Counted from the stretch's first letter, positions 1 through 8,490 are shown. The stretch: DNA of 54,826 bases from Candidatus Choladousia intestinigallinarum (GCA_018712605.1 DVGR01000075.1:1-54826); one strand, 5' to 3'. Made by a program: numbers and translations. Notes: generated from the sequence alone by a model not told the origin.

Positions 1-1233
1 CCGCTTGGCAAGTATGGGAAGAACACATCCTACCATCTTTGCCACAAGCACTGTAAAAATCACCGTCATGCAGACAATCAAGGCCACCTGCAGAGAAACC
101 CGGTCAAACAGAAGCAGCTTGGCGAAATTCAGAACAGACAGCGTCACGCCGCAGAGAATCGCCACTTTAAATTCCTTCCATACTACCCGGAAGATATCAC
201 GGAATTCAAGCTCTCCCAGAGAAATGCTGCGGATCACCGTGGCTGACGCCTGTCCTCCTGCATTTCCGCCGGTGTCCATAAACATGGGGATATAGGCGGT
301 GAGAACCGCATAGGCGGCCAGCGCTTCCTCATAGCCCTGAATAATCTTTCCAGTGAAGGTGGCTGAGATCATAAGGATCAAAAGCCATGGAATTCGCTTC
401 TTCCAGGTCTCAAATACCGTAGTCTTCATATACGGCTTATCCGTAGGCGTGATGGCGGCCATCATCTCAATGTCCTCCGTAGCCTCCTGCTGGATAATAT
501 CCATAACATCGTCTACCGTAATAATTCCCACCAGACGGTTCTCGCTGTCCACCACAGGCATAGCGTCAAAATCGTACTTCTGGAACATCCTGGCTACTTC
601 TTCCTGGTCCGTCATAGTATTGATGGTGATGACCTTTTCCTCCATCAAATCTCCGATCCGGTCTGTCTTCTCCCCCAGAATCAGGGTTCTGAGAGAAACG
701 GTTCCCCGGATTTTCCGGTACGGATCGGTCACATAACAAGTATTGATAGTCTCTTTGTCAATCCCAATCTTTCGGATTTTTTCGATGGCCTGGGCCACGG
801 TCTGATCCTCTTTCAGATCTACAAGCTCCACGGTCATAATGCTTCCGGCAGAGTCCTCGGGATATTGAAGAAGATGATTGATATCCCTTCTGGTTTCCGG
901 GGTCGTCTGGGCCAAAAGCCTTTTTACCACATTGGCAGGCATCTCTTCTACCAGGTCCGCCGCATCATCGGCGAAAAGGTTATCAATAATATTGGCCGCC
1001 TCCCGGTCAGTCAGGGAAGTAATAATCATCTGTTCTGTCTCAAGAGACAGAAAAGAAAAAACGTCCGCCGCAAGGGATTTTGGCAGCATACGAAATACCT
1101 TGACCAGCTCCGCTCCCGGCAGCTCCAGTTCCTCCAGCATGGCGGCAATGTCCGCCTCGTTCATTTCCGCAATCAGAGTGCGGATTTTGGCATACTGACC
1201 GTTCTGAATATATTCACGAATTTTTTCCAACAC
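1..1233 (-). CDS. mgtE: Magnesium transporter MgtE (3' end runs off the window)
   Basis: Not in the ORF track. Manual translation from GTG at 1233 (SD AAGGAGG at 1242-1248): MLEKIREYIQNGQYAKIRTLIAEMNEADIAAML...DDAADLVEEMPANVVKRLL...YPEDSAGSIMT (MgtE N domain/CBS junction)...RIPWLLILMISA...PMFMDTGGNAGGQAS (TM signature). Confidence 0.95.
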   Translation of the reverse strand, partial: MLEKIREYIQNGQYAKIRTLIAEMNEADIAAMLEELELPGAELVKVFRMLPKSLAADVFSFLSLETEQMIITSLTDREAANIIDNLFADDAADLVEEMPANVVKRLLAQTTPETRRDINHLLQYPEDSAGSIMTVELVDLKEDQTVAQAIEKIRKIGIDKETINTCYVTDPYRKIRGTVSLRTLILGEKTDRIGDLMEEKVITINTMTDQEEVARMFQKYDFDAMPVVDSENRLVGIITVDDVMDIIQQEATEDIEMMAAITPTDKPYMKTTVFETWKKRIPWLLILMISATFTGKIIQGYEEALAAYAVLTAYIPMFMDTGGNAGGQASATVIRSISLGELEFRDIFRVVWKEFKVAILCGVTLSVLNFAKLLLFDRVSLQVALIVCMTVIFTVLVAKMVGCVLPILAKR

Positions 1234-1316
1234 AATAAAGCCCTCCTTAGGTGTATTTTTATGCATGGCCAAGGCCCAGGAACATCTGTTGAACCTGTCT
1301 TCGTACTTCGCGACAT
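1173..1316 (-). CDS. Putative 47-aa upstream ORF/leader peptide overlapping the mgtE start
   Basis: ATG at 1316 preceded by AAAGGGGGTGG; MSRSTKTGSTDVPGPWPCIKIHLRRALLCWKKFVNIFRTVSMPKSAL*; different frame from mgtE. Confidence 0.3.
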   Translation of the reverse strand: MSRSTKTGSTDVPGPWPCIKIHLRRALLCWKKFVNIFRTVSMPKSAL

Positions 1317-1360
1317 AAAAACCACCCCCTTTGCTTCATTATGCTGCGCTGCTCATGCCT

Positions 1361-1924
1361 TTACCGGCTTTTGGCAGCCTTAAATTCTTCCAGTTTACTT
1401 TTTGCTTTATTGATCAGTACCCCGGCCGCCAGCCCGCACAGGCTTCCTGTAATCATCCCGCACAGCACATCGGTTGGGTAATGAATCCCGATATACAGCC
1501 TTGAAAAGGCGATAAGAAAGGCCAGCACATAAGCCGCCGCTCCGATTTTTCCCCGAAGGATCCAAAAGAAGGCCGTGGCTGCCGCAAAAGACGACCCGGC
1601 ATGTCCCGATGGAAAGGAAAAATCGCTGGCTTTGTGTACCAGAAGCGTCAGTCCGTCGATCACCTCATAGGGACGTATTCTTTCAAAAAGATTCTTCAGG
1701 AAATAATTGTTAAATGCCAGTGAAAAGAACACTGCCAAAAGCCCTGCCGCCCCGGCCCACCGGGTCTTCCTGAAGCATAAAAAAAGCAGCGACAGAACCA
1801 CCCATATAAAACCCAAATTCCCCAGCTTCGTAATGGTCAGCATCACCGGCGTCAGCCAGTCTGCCCGCAGGAATTCCTGAATCCACAGAAGGATGCTGCC
1901 CTCTGCCATCTGTAAAGCTTCCAT
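1361..1924 (-). CDS. PAP2-family membrane phosphatase
   Basis: Motifs KNLFERIRP, SFPSGH and SRLYIGIHYPTDV; hydrophobic segments. Confidence 0.92.
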   Translation of the reverse strand: MEALQMAEGSILLWIQEFLRADWLTPVMLTITKLGNLGFIWVVLSLLFLCFRKTRWAGAAGLLAVFFSLAFNNYFLKNLFERIRPYEVIDGLTLLVHKASDFSFPSGHAGSSFAAATAFFWILRGKIGAAAYVLAFLIAFSRLYIGIHYPTDVLCGMITGSLCGLAAGVLINKAKSKLEEFKAAKSR

Positions 1925-2022
1925 ATTCTATTGACCTCCAAGTTTTTTACAGACTTCATTCTACTCCATATTGCCCTCTTCTGCAAGGTGAAAAAAGACT
2001 GGAAATTTTTTTTAAAAAACTG

Positions 2023-2051
2023 TTGACAATCCCGGAAACCTATAGTATAGT
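2023..2051 (+). promoter_or_regulatory. Sigma-A promoter of tRNA-Gly
   Basis: TTGACA (2023-2028)-17 nt-TATAGT (2046-2051), with an AT-rich upstream region. Confidence 0.8.
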
Positions 2052-2100
2052 ATTCATTGTTCGCGGGAGCGAAAAACAAAAACAGCAGATAACTGAATAT

Positions 2101-2172
2101 GCGCGAGTGGCTCAGTGGTGGAGTATCGCCTTGCCAAGGCGAGGGTCGCGGGTTCGAATCCCGTCTCGCGCT
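2101..2172 (+). tRNA. tRNA-Gly (GCC)
   Basis: Acceptor stem GCGCGAG/CTCGCGC, anticodon arm TCGCC-TTGCCAA-GGCGA, T loop GGTTCGAATCC; CCA not encoded. Confidence 0.97.
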
Positions 2173-2175
2173 CTT

Positions 2176-2206
2176 AAAAATCGGAAGAGTTTTCTTCCGA
2201 TTTTTT
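2176..2206 (+). terminator. Intrinsic terminator after tRNA-Gly
   Basis: AAAAATCGGAAGA-GTTT-TCTTCCGATTTTTT hairpin plus T tract. Confidence 0.85.
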
Positions 2207-2379
2207 GTATCAAAAAATAAATTCACAGATTCCTTTCCTTTTAATTTTTACAAAAAAATCCCTGCTTCCCTCAAAAATATATCGTAAAACAGAAAAAGAT
2301 GTGGTAGAATAAGGATGTCTGGCAGACATTTAATGAAGTACTGCCAATAATACGTCATAATAAAAGGAGGAAAAGAATT

Positions 2380-3348
2380 ATGGCATTGGTAACAACTACC
2401 GAAATGTTTAAGAAGGCATACGACGGCGGATATGCAATCGGTGCGTTCAACGTAAACAACATGGAGATCGTACAGGGTATCACAGAGGCAGCCGGCGAAC
2501 TGAACAGCCCGGTTATCCTTCAGGTATCCAAGGGAGCTCGTGCTTATGCCAACCACACATACCTGGTAAAACTGGTAGAGGCAGCTGTTGCAGAGAATCC
2601 TCAGATCCCCATCGCTCTTCATCTGGACCACGGCGATACTTTCGAGCTTTGCAAGAGCTGTATTGATGGAGGATTCACTTCAGTCATGATCGATGCTTCT
2701 TCCAAATCTTTTGAGGACAACATCGCCCTGACAAAGCAGGTTGTTGAGTACGCACACGCACACGGCGTTGTAGTTGAGGCTGAGCTTGGTACTCTTGCCG
2801 GCGTAGAGGATGAAGTAGTCGTTGAAGCAGGACAGGAAAGCTATACACGTCCCGAAGAGGTAGAAGAATTTGTTGACAGAACCGGCTGTGATTCTCTTGC
2901 AATCGCCATCGGTACAAGCCACGGCGCATACAAATTCAAAGCTTCCCAGTGTACAAGAAATGAAGAAGGAATCCTTGTTCCGCCGCCACTTCGCTTTGAC
3001 GTTCTTGAAGAGTGCATCAAGCGTCTTCCCGGCTTCCCCATCGTTCTCCACGGTTCTTCTTCCGTTCCGCAGGAGTTTGTAAAGATGGTAAATGACTTTG
3101 GCGGAAACATGCCGGATGCTATCGGTATCCCGGAGAATGAGCTTCGCCATGCAGCAGAGCTGGCTGTTTGCAAGATCAACATCGACTCCGATATCCGTCT
3201 TGCTATGACAGGAACCATCCGCAAGTATTTCGCAGAGCATCCGGATCACTTCGATCCCCGTCAGTATCTGAAACCTGCCCGTCAGGCAGTTAAGGATATG
3301 GTTGCTCACAAGATTAAAAACGTTCTTGGAAGCGCTGGCAAGGCTTGA
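2380..3348 (+). CDS. fba: Class II fructose-1,6-bisphosphate aldolase
   Basis: AIGAFNVNN, ALHLDHG, VEAELG, AIGTSHGAYK, VLHGSS and KINIDSD motifs; SD AAAGGAGG. Confidence 0.97.
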   Translation: MALVTTTEMFKKAYDGGYAIGAFNVNNMEIVQGITEAAGELNSPVILQVSKGARAYANHTYLVKLVEAAVAENPQIPIALHLDHGDTFELCKSCIDGGFTSVMIDASSKSFEDNIALTKQVVEYAHAHGVVVEAELGTLAGVEDEVVVEAGQESYTRPEEVEEFVDRTGCDSLAIAIGTSHGAYKFKASQCTRNEEGILVPPPLRFDVLEECIKRLPGFPIVLHGSSSVPQEFVKMVNDFGGNMPDAIGIPENELRHAAELAVCKINIDSDIRLAMTGTIRKYFAEHPDHFDPRQYLKPARQAVKDMVAHKIKNVLGSAGKA

Positions 3349-3376
3349 TGCTTCACAGACCATCCTAAAACATTTC

Positions 3377-3406
3377 AGGCAGAGGAAGTTTTTTCCTCTG
3401 CCTTTT
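3377..3406 (+). terminator. Intrinsic terminator after fba
   Basis: AGGCAGAGGAA/TTCCTCTGCCT stem followed by Ts. Confidence 0.8.
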
Positions 3407-3472
3407 AGGTTGAACATTTTCTCTATTTAACTCTTATTTTTCCGTCTGCTCTCCTTAGAGCATTTTGCTCTT

Positions 3473-4099
3473 TCAGATGTGAAGTCCCAGGATTCTCTCT
3501 TCCCATTCTCTGTGGGGATGCAGAGGATCCGCCTGATATACCGCAATATGATCGGAATCTGCGCTTCGGTCCGTAAAGGCCGGAAACAAAAATCCGCACA
3601 CAGGATTCCCCGGCTCATACTCCCCTGTCAGGGGACAGAGAGCGCAGATCAGATATTCAAACACCTCTTCCGACTCTCCCAACCGCTCCTTATCCGCCGC
3701 CTTCACCGGAACATCGTAGCGGTCATGAAACACAAATACCGCATACTCTGCATTCCCCTTATACTGCTCCATCACCAGGTCGTAGAAAGTATCCATCAAT
3801 GCGTCATTTTTCAGCCCGCAGTCCTTAATAGCCATCAAAAGCTGCCAAACGCTTCCTGCTCCCTGGTCCGAGGGGGAAAAGGCATATTTTTTAAGCTGTA
3901 CATTCGTCTCCGAGAAAGGAATCGCCTTCGCCAACTTTAGGTTCTTCGTCTTTTCCTGAGGGGTAAGCTTTAAAAAATTCGTATTAAAGCTTCCGTCAAA
4001 CTCTCCCTCCCGGTCTACGTAGCATCCTGCGATTCTAGTAAAAGAGGTTCTGGAGGGAGTCATCCTTCTGGTCAGCTCCAGCATATCCTCCCGGTTCAT
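3473..4099 (-). CDS. DUF4317-family protein
   Basis: N-terminus MNREDMLELTRRMT...RIAGCYVD, plus HDRYDVP and GFLFPAFTDR, recognised as DUF4317-like; start set at ATG 4099 (SD GGAG). Confidence 0.75.
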   Translation of the reverse strand: MNREDMLELTRRMTPSRTSFTRIAGCYVDREGEFDGSFNTNFLKLTPQEKTKNLKLAKAIPFSETNVQLKKYAFSPSDQGAGSVWQLLMAIKDCGLKNDALMDTFYDLVMEQYKGNAEYAVFVFHDRYDVPVKAADKERLGESEEVFEYLICALCPLTGEYEPGNPVCGFLFPAFTDRSADSDHIAVYQADPLHPHREWEERILGLHI

Positions 4100-5051
4100 T
4101 TGTTTTGCTCCTGGTTTCATACTGTATCTCCTTTACACTGCTCCTTAATACCTGTCTCAGATCCTCCGGCAGGGGAATATAAAAAGAAAGCTTCTCATTT
4201 CCAAAAGGCTTCAAAAAAGTCACCTGGGCCGCATGGAGAGCCGCCCGGTAAGGCGCTGCAGGTTCTTCCCTCCCGTAGATCGTATCTCCCAGAAGAGGAT
4301 GCCCCAGAGCTGCCATATGTACCCGGATCTGGTGTGTCCGTCCGGTCTCCAGCCAAAGGTGAAGGAGACTGCAGTCCCTTCCGTCTCCTAAAACCTCATA
4401 GTGGGTAACCGCTTCCATTCCCTGGGAACTGATCTTCATCCGCTCTCTCATCCCCTCTTTTGCCGCATTGGACATAGCCAGACGAACCGTCTGACGCTTC
4501 TCCTTAAAAATCCCCTCTGCCAGAGCCAGATATTCCTTCCTGAATATCCCCTGCTGCCGCTGTCTCTGGAGCCTGGCCGCCGCCATCTGGTTTTTTGCAA
4601 ATACTACGGCTCCAGAGGTTTCTTTGTCAAGTCTCCCGATACTTCTGGGGATCTGGGGAATCCCCTGCCTACCCAGGTATTCTCTTAGCTGATCCGCCAG
4701 GGTGTCTCCCTGATGGCATCCTACGGGATGCATCAGCACTCCCGCCGGTTTATTGACCACCAGCACATCCTGATCCTCATAGCAGATTTCAGGCTTAATA
4801 TAAGTAAAGACAGACCGGCAATCTTCTTCATAGGAGGTCCGATCCGGCTTTTCCCCTGACACCTCCAGACAGTCTCCTTTTGCCAGCACCTGGGTGACCC
4901 GGCATCTGGCTCCATTTACAAGGATTCCATCCTCCTGAAATTTGGCACGTCCCCTCTCTCTTCTGGACATATGAAAGCAGTGTTCCATCACCCAGCCAGC
5001 CGTGCGGCCGGCCTGAACTTCTGAAATCGTTATCTTCAGTTTCCTGGCCAT
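4035..5051 (-). CDS. RluA/RluD-family pseudouridine synthase
   Basis: VVNKPAG, GRLDKETSG (catalytic Asp), TGRTHQIRVH, GHPLLGDTIYG and LHAA motifs. Confidence 0.93.
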   Translation of the reverse strand: MARKLKITISEVQAGRTAGWVMEHCFHMSRRERGRAKFQEDGILVNGARCRVTQVLAKGDCLEVSGEKPDRTSYEEDCRSVFTYIKPEICYEDQDVLVVNKPAGVLMHPVGCHQGDTLADQLREYLGRQGIPQIPRSIGRLDKETSGAVVFAKNQMAAARLQRQRQQGIFRKEYLALAEGIFKEKRQTVRLAMSNAAKEGMRERMKISSQGMEAVTHYEVLGDGRDCSLLHLWLETGRTHQIRVHMAALGHPLLGDTIYGREEPAAPYRAALHAAQVTFLKPFGNEKLSFYIPLPEDLRQVLRSSVKEIQYETRSKTNEPGGYAGADQKDDSLQNLFY

Positions 5052-5078
5052 TTCCTTCTAATCTCTTCCTTCGCAAAT

Positions 5079-5606
5079 TTAGTCATTCTTCTCATTTAAA
5101 TTATTCCAGCCGTATCTTTGAATTGAAATAATTCCTGATACCATACTTGCAAGTTCATCTATGGCGCCTGCCCATGAGCCAATGATGAGATCATAAAGAA
5201 TCCATAGCGGCGAATTGATAAATATACCGGCAATTCTGATCTTCTGCGGGTTATGCGTATAGCCTCCAACTGTCAATGCTATATTGGCACATATCGGGAG
5301 GAATGATATACACCCCGCCCAAGTCGTAACTAAAACAACTACCTGAATAGAACATAGAATTGCACACATTTTTCTGCTCCGCCCAAATTTCCATCTGCCA
5401 GCAAGGAATAGGGATCTTGCCAGATTTAATATATAGCTAAACCCACCTGTCATTGCTCCTAAAAGGATAAAATGTACAGTATAAAACAAGTATGAGAAAA
5501 ACTGTGTTGTATAAAGTTTGCGATTCTCTCTGCATTGATAGGAAAGGAAATATAAAACTGCCCCCAAAACTGCTAAAAATTGTGTAAATAAAAATTTTAC
5601 TTCCAA
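5079..5606 (-). CDS. YgjV-family inner membrane protein
   Basis: Multi-TM 175 aa with LSYQ..HFILLGAMTG..NSPLWILYD pattern; TTG start; AT-rich relative to its neighbours. Confidence 0.7.
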   Translation of the reverse strand: MEVKFLFTQFLAVLGAVLYFLSYQCRENRKLYTTQFFSYLFYTVHFILLGAMTGGFSYILNLARSLFLAGRWKFGRSRKMCAILCSIQVVVLVTTWAGCISFLPICANIALTVGGYTHNPQKIRIAGIFINSPLWILYDLIIGSWAGAIDELASMVSGIISIQRYGWNNLNEKND

Positions 5607-5607
5607 G

Positions 5608-6132
5608 CTATGCTTTTCTCCTATAAAAATCTTTTGAGGACCGGAACCTGATTCTCATACTGTACCACTTCTCCCCGCCGTGGGAAGACTCTGAAAGGCC
5701 TTCCTGCACAAAGCCAAATTTCTCATAGAAAGGAATCATCCGCTCCTTGCACAGAAGTACGATTCCCTCTCTTCCCATCGCCTTGGTTTCCCGGATCATC
5801 TCTTTTATAAGTATCCCTCCAAAGCCTCTGCCCTGGTACATAGGATGGACATCCACACCGAAAACCATAAGCCATTCTCCGTCCTCTCTGTACAGCCGGA
5901 TTCCATGGTACATCTCATCGGTCAATTTCTCCTGCCGGGCAGGCATTGCACTTATGAATCCAAAAATCTTCTGCTCATCCTCCAAAACCCAGCAGGTGTG
6001 GGGAAATGTGTGAAGCCTCTGTTCCATACTCTCCCTGCCTGCCGCCTCCTGGGGCGGAAAACAATCTTTCTCAATTCTCATAATCTCGTCCAGATCTCCG
6101 GCCCCGGCTTTTCTGATCTTAATCTTCTCCAT
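5608..6132 (-). CDS. GNAT-family N-acetyltransferase
   Basis: VDVHPMYQGRGFG acetyl-CoA motif A; FYEKFGF. Confidence 0.9.
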   Translation of the reverse strand: MEKIKIRKAGAGDLDEIMRIEKDCFPPQEAAGRESMEQRLHTFPHTCWVLEDEQKIFGFISAMPARQEKLTDEMYHGIRLYREDGEWLMVFGVDVHPMYQGRGFGGILIKEMIRETKAMGREGIVLLCKERMIPFYEKFGFVQEGLSESSHGGEKWYSMRIRFRSSKDFYRRKA

Positions 6133-6155
6133 AACGATTCTCCCTGGCTTTCCAG

Positions 6156-7538
6156 CTAAAATACGGATTCTTTTACAAGCTGATACATTTTCGCAAAAGG
6201 CATCCCAGCCTTCCTGGCCAACTGTGCCACACTCTCATATTCCGGGTAGACCCACTCCCTGTCTTTTGTGCCGCAGACTTTCAGCGAGGCCTTCCCCCAG
6301 GGAAGTTCCACCTGCACCATCCGGCGGCTGAGAGTCGTTCTCTCTATCGGTATCCTGCGGATGCCGATGGAGGTAGTCTCCTGAAAAATAATGTTCTCCA
6401 GCTCTTCCCGCCTGTCTTCCGTGCAGATCACGCTCAGCTCATAAGCCGGACGGTTTTTTTTCATAAACACAGGCGTATAATGGACATCCCTGGCTCCTGC
6501 CTCAAACAAGCGCTCCATAGTATATCCCAGCGCCTCCCCTGCGCAGTCGTCTATATTTGTCTCAAGCTTGCAGATCCGCTCTTTCTCTTCTTCCTCACCC
6601 AGGATCATGACCCTGAGGATGCTGGGACGTTTGTAGGTCCTTTTTCCTGCTCCCATCCCTGTTCTGAGAATTTTAAATTTTTCTGGAAGCCGTTCTGAGG
6701 TCTTTAAAGCAGCCGCAATGGCAGCGCCCGTGGGAGTCACAAACTCCCCCTCCAGATCCATAAATCGAACAGAGAGACCCTCTGCCTCTAGGATATTGGC
6801 TACAGCAGGAACCGGAACCGGCAGAATTCCATGCTGACAGCGGACCGTTCCGCATCCCTCGTACAGGCATGGGATAATGACCTCCTGGATTCCCAGACTG
6901 TCCGCGCACACGGCCGCAGCCACAATATCCACGATAGAATCCACGGCTCCCACCTCATGGAAATGCACGTGTTCCAGATCCACGCCGTGAGCCTTCGCCT
7001 CAGCTTCCCCTAAAATCCTGAAAATTTTCTTAGCTGTGTTTCTGGCTCCTTCTGTCATATGGCCCTGATCCAGTATCTCCAAAATCTCATTCAGCCCCCG
7101 GTGCGCATGGGAGTGCCTGTGTCCCTGCTCATGGGGCGGCTCCGGCCTATGAGCATGTTCATGGGGCAGCTCCGGACTGTGAACATGTTCATGAGGCAGC
7201 TCTGGCCTGTTGACATGTTCATGGGGCAGCTCCGGACTGTGAACATGTTCGTGGAGCGGATCGTGTCCATGTTCCTGATGTTCCTCAGGGCCGTGTCCAT
7301 GGAGAAATTCCATATCATGGTCATGATTTTCTATCTGCGGATCCAGAATCACATTAAAGTCACACACATTCAGCCCGGCTTTTTTCACCCGGGTGATTTC
7401 ATAGCGGAACCCTTCTACCGGCAGGCTCTTCAAAGCCCGGTCCAGCGCTTCCTGGTCTGCCCCCAGATCCAGCAAAGCCGCCACCGCCATATCGCCGCTG
7501 ATGCCGCTGCGGCACTCAAAGTACAGTTTTTTATTCAT
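6156..7538 (-). CDS. larC: Nickel-pincer cofactor nickel insertase LarC
   Basis: SGISGDM, AEAKAHG..HFHEVGAVDSIVDI, HGILPVPVPA, TPTGAA, ETNIDD, MKKNRP and PEYE motifs; His-rich insert; start set at MNKKLY overlapping the larB stop. Confidence 0.95.
   Translation of the reverse strand: MNKKLYFECRSGISGDMAVAALLDLGADQEALDRALKSLPVEGFRYEITRVKKAGLNVCDFNVILDPQIENHDHDMEFLHGHGPEEHQEHGHDPLHEHVHSPELPHEHVNRPELPHEHVHSPELPHEHAHRPEPPHEQGHRHSHAHRGLNEILEILDQGHMTEGARNTAKKIFRILGEAEAKAHGVDLEHVHFHEVGAVDSIVDIVAAAVCADSLGIQEVIIPCLYEGCGTVRCQHGILPVPVPAVANILEAEGLSVRFMDLEGEFVTPTGAAIAAALKTSERLPEKFKILRTGMGAGKRTYKRPSILRVMILGEEEEKERICKLETNIDDCAGEALGYTMERLFEAGARDVHYTPVFMKKNRPAYELSVICTEDRREELENIIFQETTSIGIRRIPIERTTLSRRMVQVELPWGKASLKVCGTKDREWVYPEYESVAQLARKAGMPFAKMYQLVKESVF
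7131..7250. repeat. Four tandem 30-bp units in larC encoding HEHVHSPELP-like decapeptides
   Basis: Units start at 7131, 7161, 7191 and 7221; units 2 and 4 are identical (atggggcagctccggactgtgaacatgttc). Confidence 0.95.
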
Positions 7539-8280
7539 GGTGTACCCCCATTCTGTTAATCTGCGTGGATATATACCCTGCTCCATACCCGTTATCTATA
7601 TTTACCACGGCAATCCCGTTGGCGCAGGAATTAATCATAGTCAGAAGCGCAGAAAGACCGTTCATATTCGCCCCATATCCTACAGAGGTAGGAACAGCGA
7701 TTACCGGCTTATCTACCAGTCCGCCCAGAACGCTGGCAAGGGCTCCCTCCATACCTGCCACGGCTACCACACAGTTGGCTGACTGAATCAGCTCCACCCG
7801 ATCCAGCAGACGGTGAATTCCTGACACACCCACATCATAAATCCTTTCCACCCGGCTTCCAAAGAACTCCGCTGTCTGAGCCGCTTCCTCAGCCACAGGG
7901 ATATCCGCCGTCCCTGCGGTACACACCGCTATCTTCCCAATGCGTTCTTTGTCCTTTTTCTCTATCTTTAAAATTCTTGAGAGAGGATCGTACTCCGCCT
8001 GGGGGAGCTGTGCTTTTACATACTCATACTGCTGAGCGGTAGCTCTGGTTCCCAACACTTCCCCTTCCTCTTCATACAATTTTTTATAAATCCCCAGCAG
8101 ATGCTCCAGGGACTTTCCGCTGCAGAAAACCACTTCGCCAAAACCTGATCTGAGTTTTCTGTGAGTGTCCAGCTTGGCATAGCCCAGTTCCTCAAAGGGC
8201 TGTCTGCGCAGGTACTCTCTGGCTTCCTCCGGTGATAACTCTTTTTGCCGGACTTTGTTCAATATTTCTAAAACTTCCAT
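7531..8280 (-). CDS. larB: Nickel-pincer cofactor biosynthesis carboxylase LarB
   Basis: PurE-like motifs TAGTADIPVAEEA, DVGVSGIHRL, AGMEGALASV, AVPTSVGYGA and VVNIDNGYGA. Confidence 0.95.
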   Translation of the reverse strand: MEVLEILNKVRQKELSPEEAREYLRRQPFEELGYAKLDTHRKLRSGFGEVVFCSGKSLEHLLGIYKKLYEEEGEVLGTRATAQQYEYVKAQLPQAEYDPLSRILKIEKKDKERIGKIAVCTAGTADIPVAEEAAQTAEFFGSRVERIYDVGVSGIHRLLDRVELIQSANCVVAVAGMEGALASVLGGLVDKPVIAVPTSVGYGANMNGLSALLTMINSCANGIAVVNIDNGYGAGYISTQINRMGVHHE

Positions 8281-8327
8281 TTTTTATCCTTTCTGTCAAT
8301 ACAAGATCCAAATCCATCCTGGATTCC

Positions 8328-8490
8328 TCCGTGGCTTTTATGCGTGGCGGTGCCTGCGCCAGCAGGCATGTAAGTTTACTATGGGAAAACAGCCCAAAGG
8401 ACGTTCCATAGGAACAAAAGTGCGCATCGCCGCGCGAAGCGCTTTTTATGATATAGGAAAGTGAGAACTTTCCTATATCATAAAAAAAAC
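8328..8490. repeat. Palindromic REP-like intergenic element
   Basis: The 40-bp segment 8328-8367 matches the reverse complement of 39053-39092 at 38/40; perfect 20-bp inverted repeat 8443-8462/8467-8486 with loop GAGA. Confidence 0.75.

Noticed and set aside
5-1383. Plus-strand ORFs 5-295, 353-736, 865-1383 and 878-1198
   Set aside because: Antisense shadows of mgtE, which the ORF track missed because it runs off the window edge.
1852-2287. ORFs spanning tRNA-Gly (likewise 21005-21394 over tRNA-Arg)
   Set aside because: Translations of tRNA and promoter DNA with no protein features.
2101-2380. tRNA genes as possible island or prophage attachment sites
   Set aside because: No integrase and no duplicated tRNA 3' end seen near either tRNA.
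4035-4120. RluA C-terminus overlapping the DUF4317 start by about 65 nt
   Set aside because: The tail has no recognisable motif; most likely simple stop-codon drift.
7131-7250. 30-bp periodic repeats as a CRISPR array
   Set aside because: Units are contiguous with no unique spacers, are in frame inside larC, and no cas genes are present.
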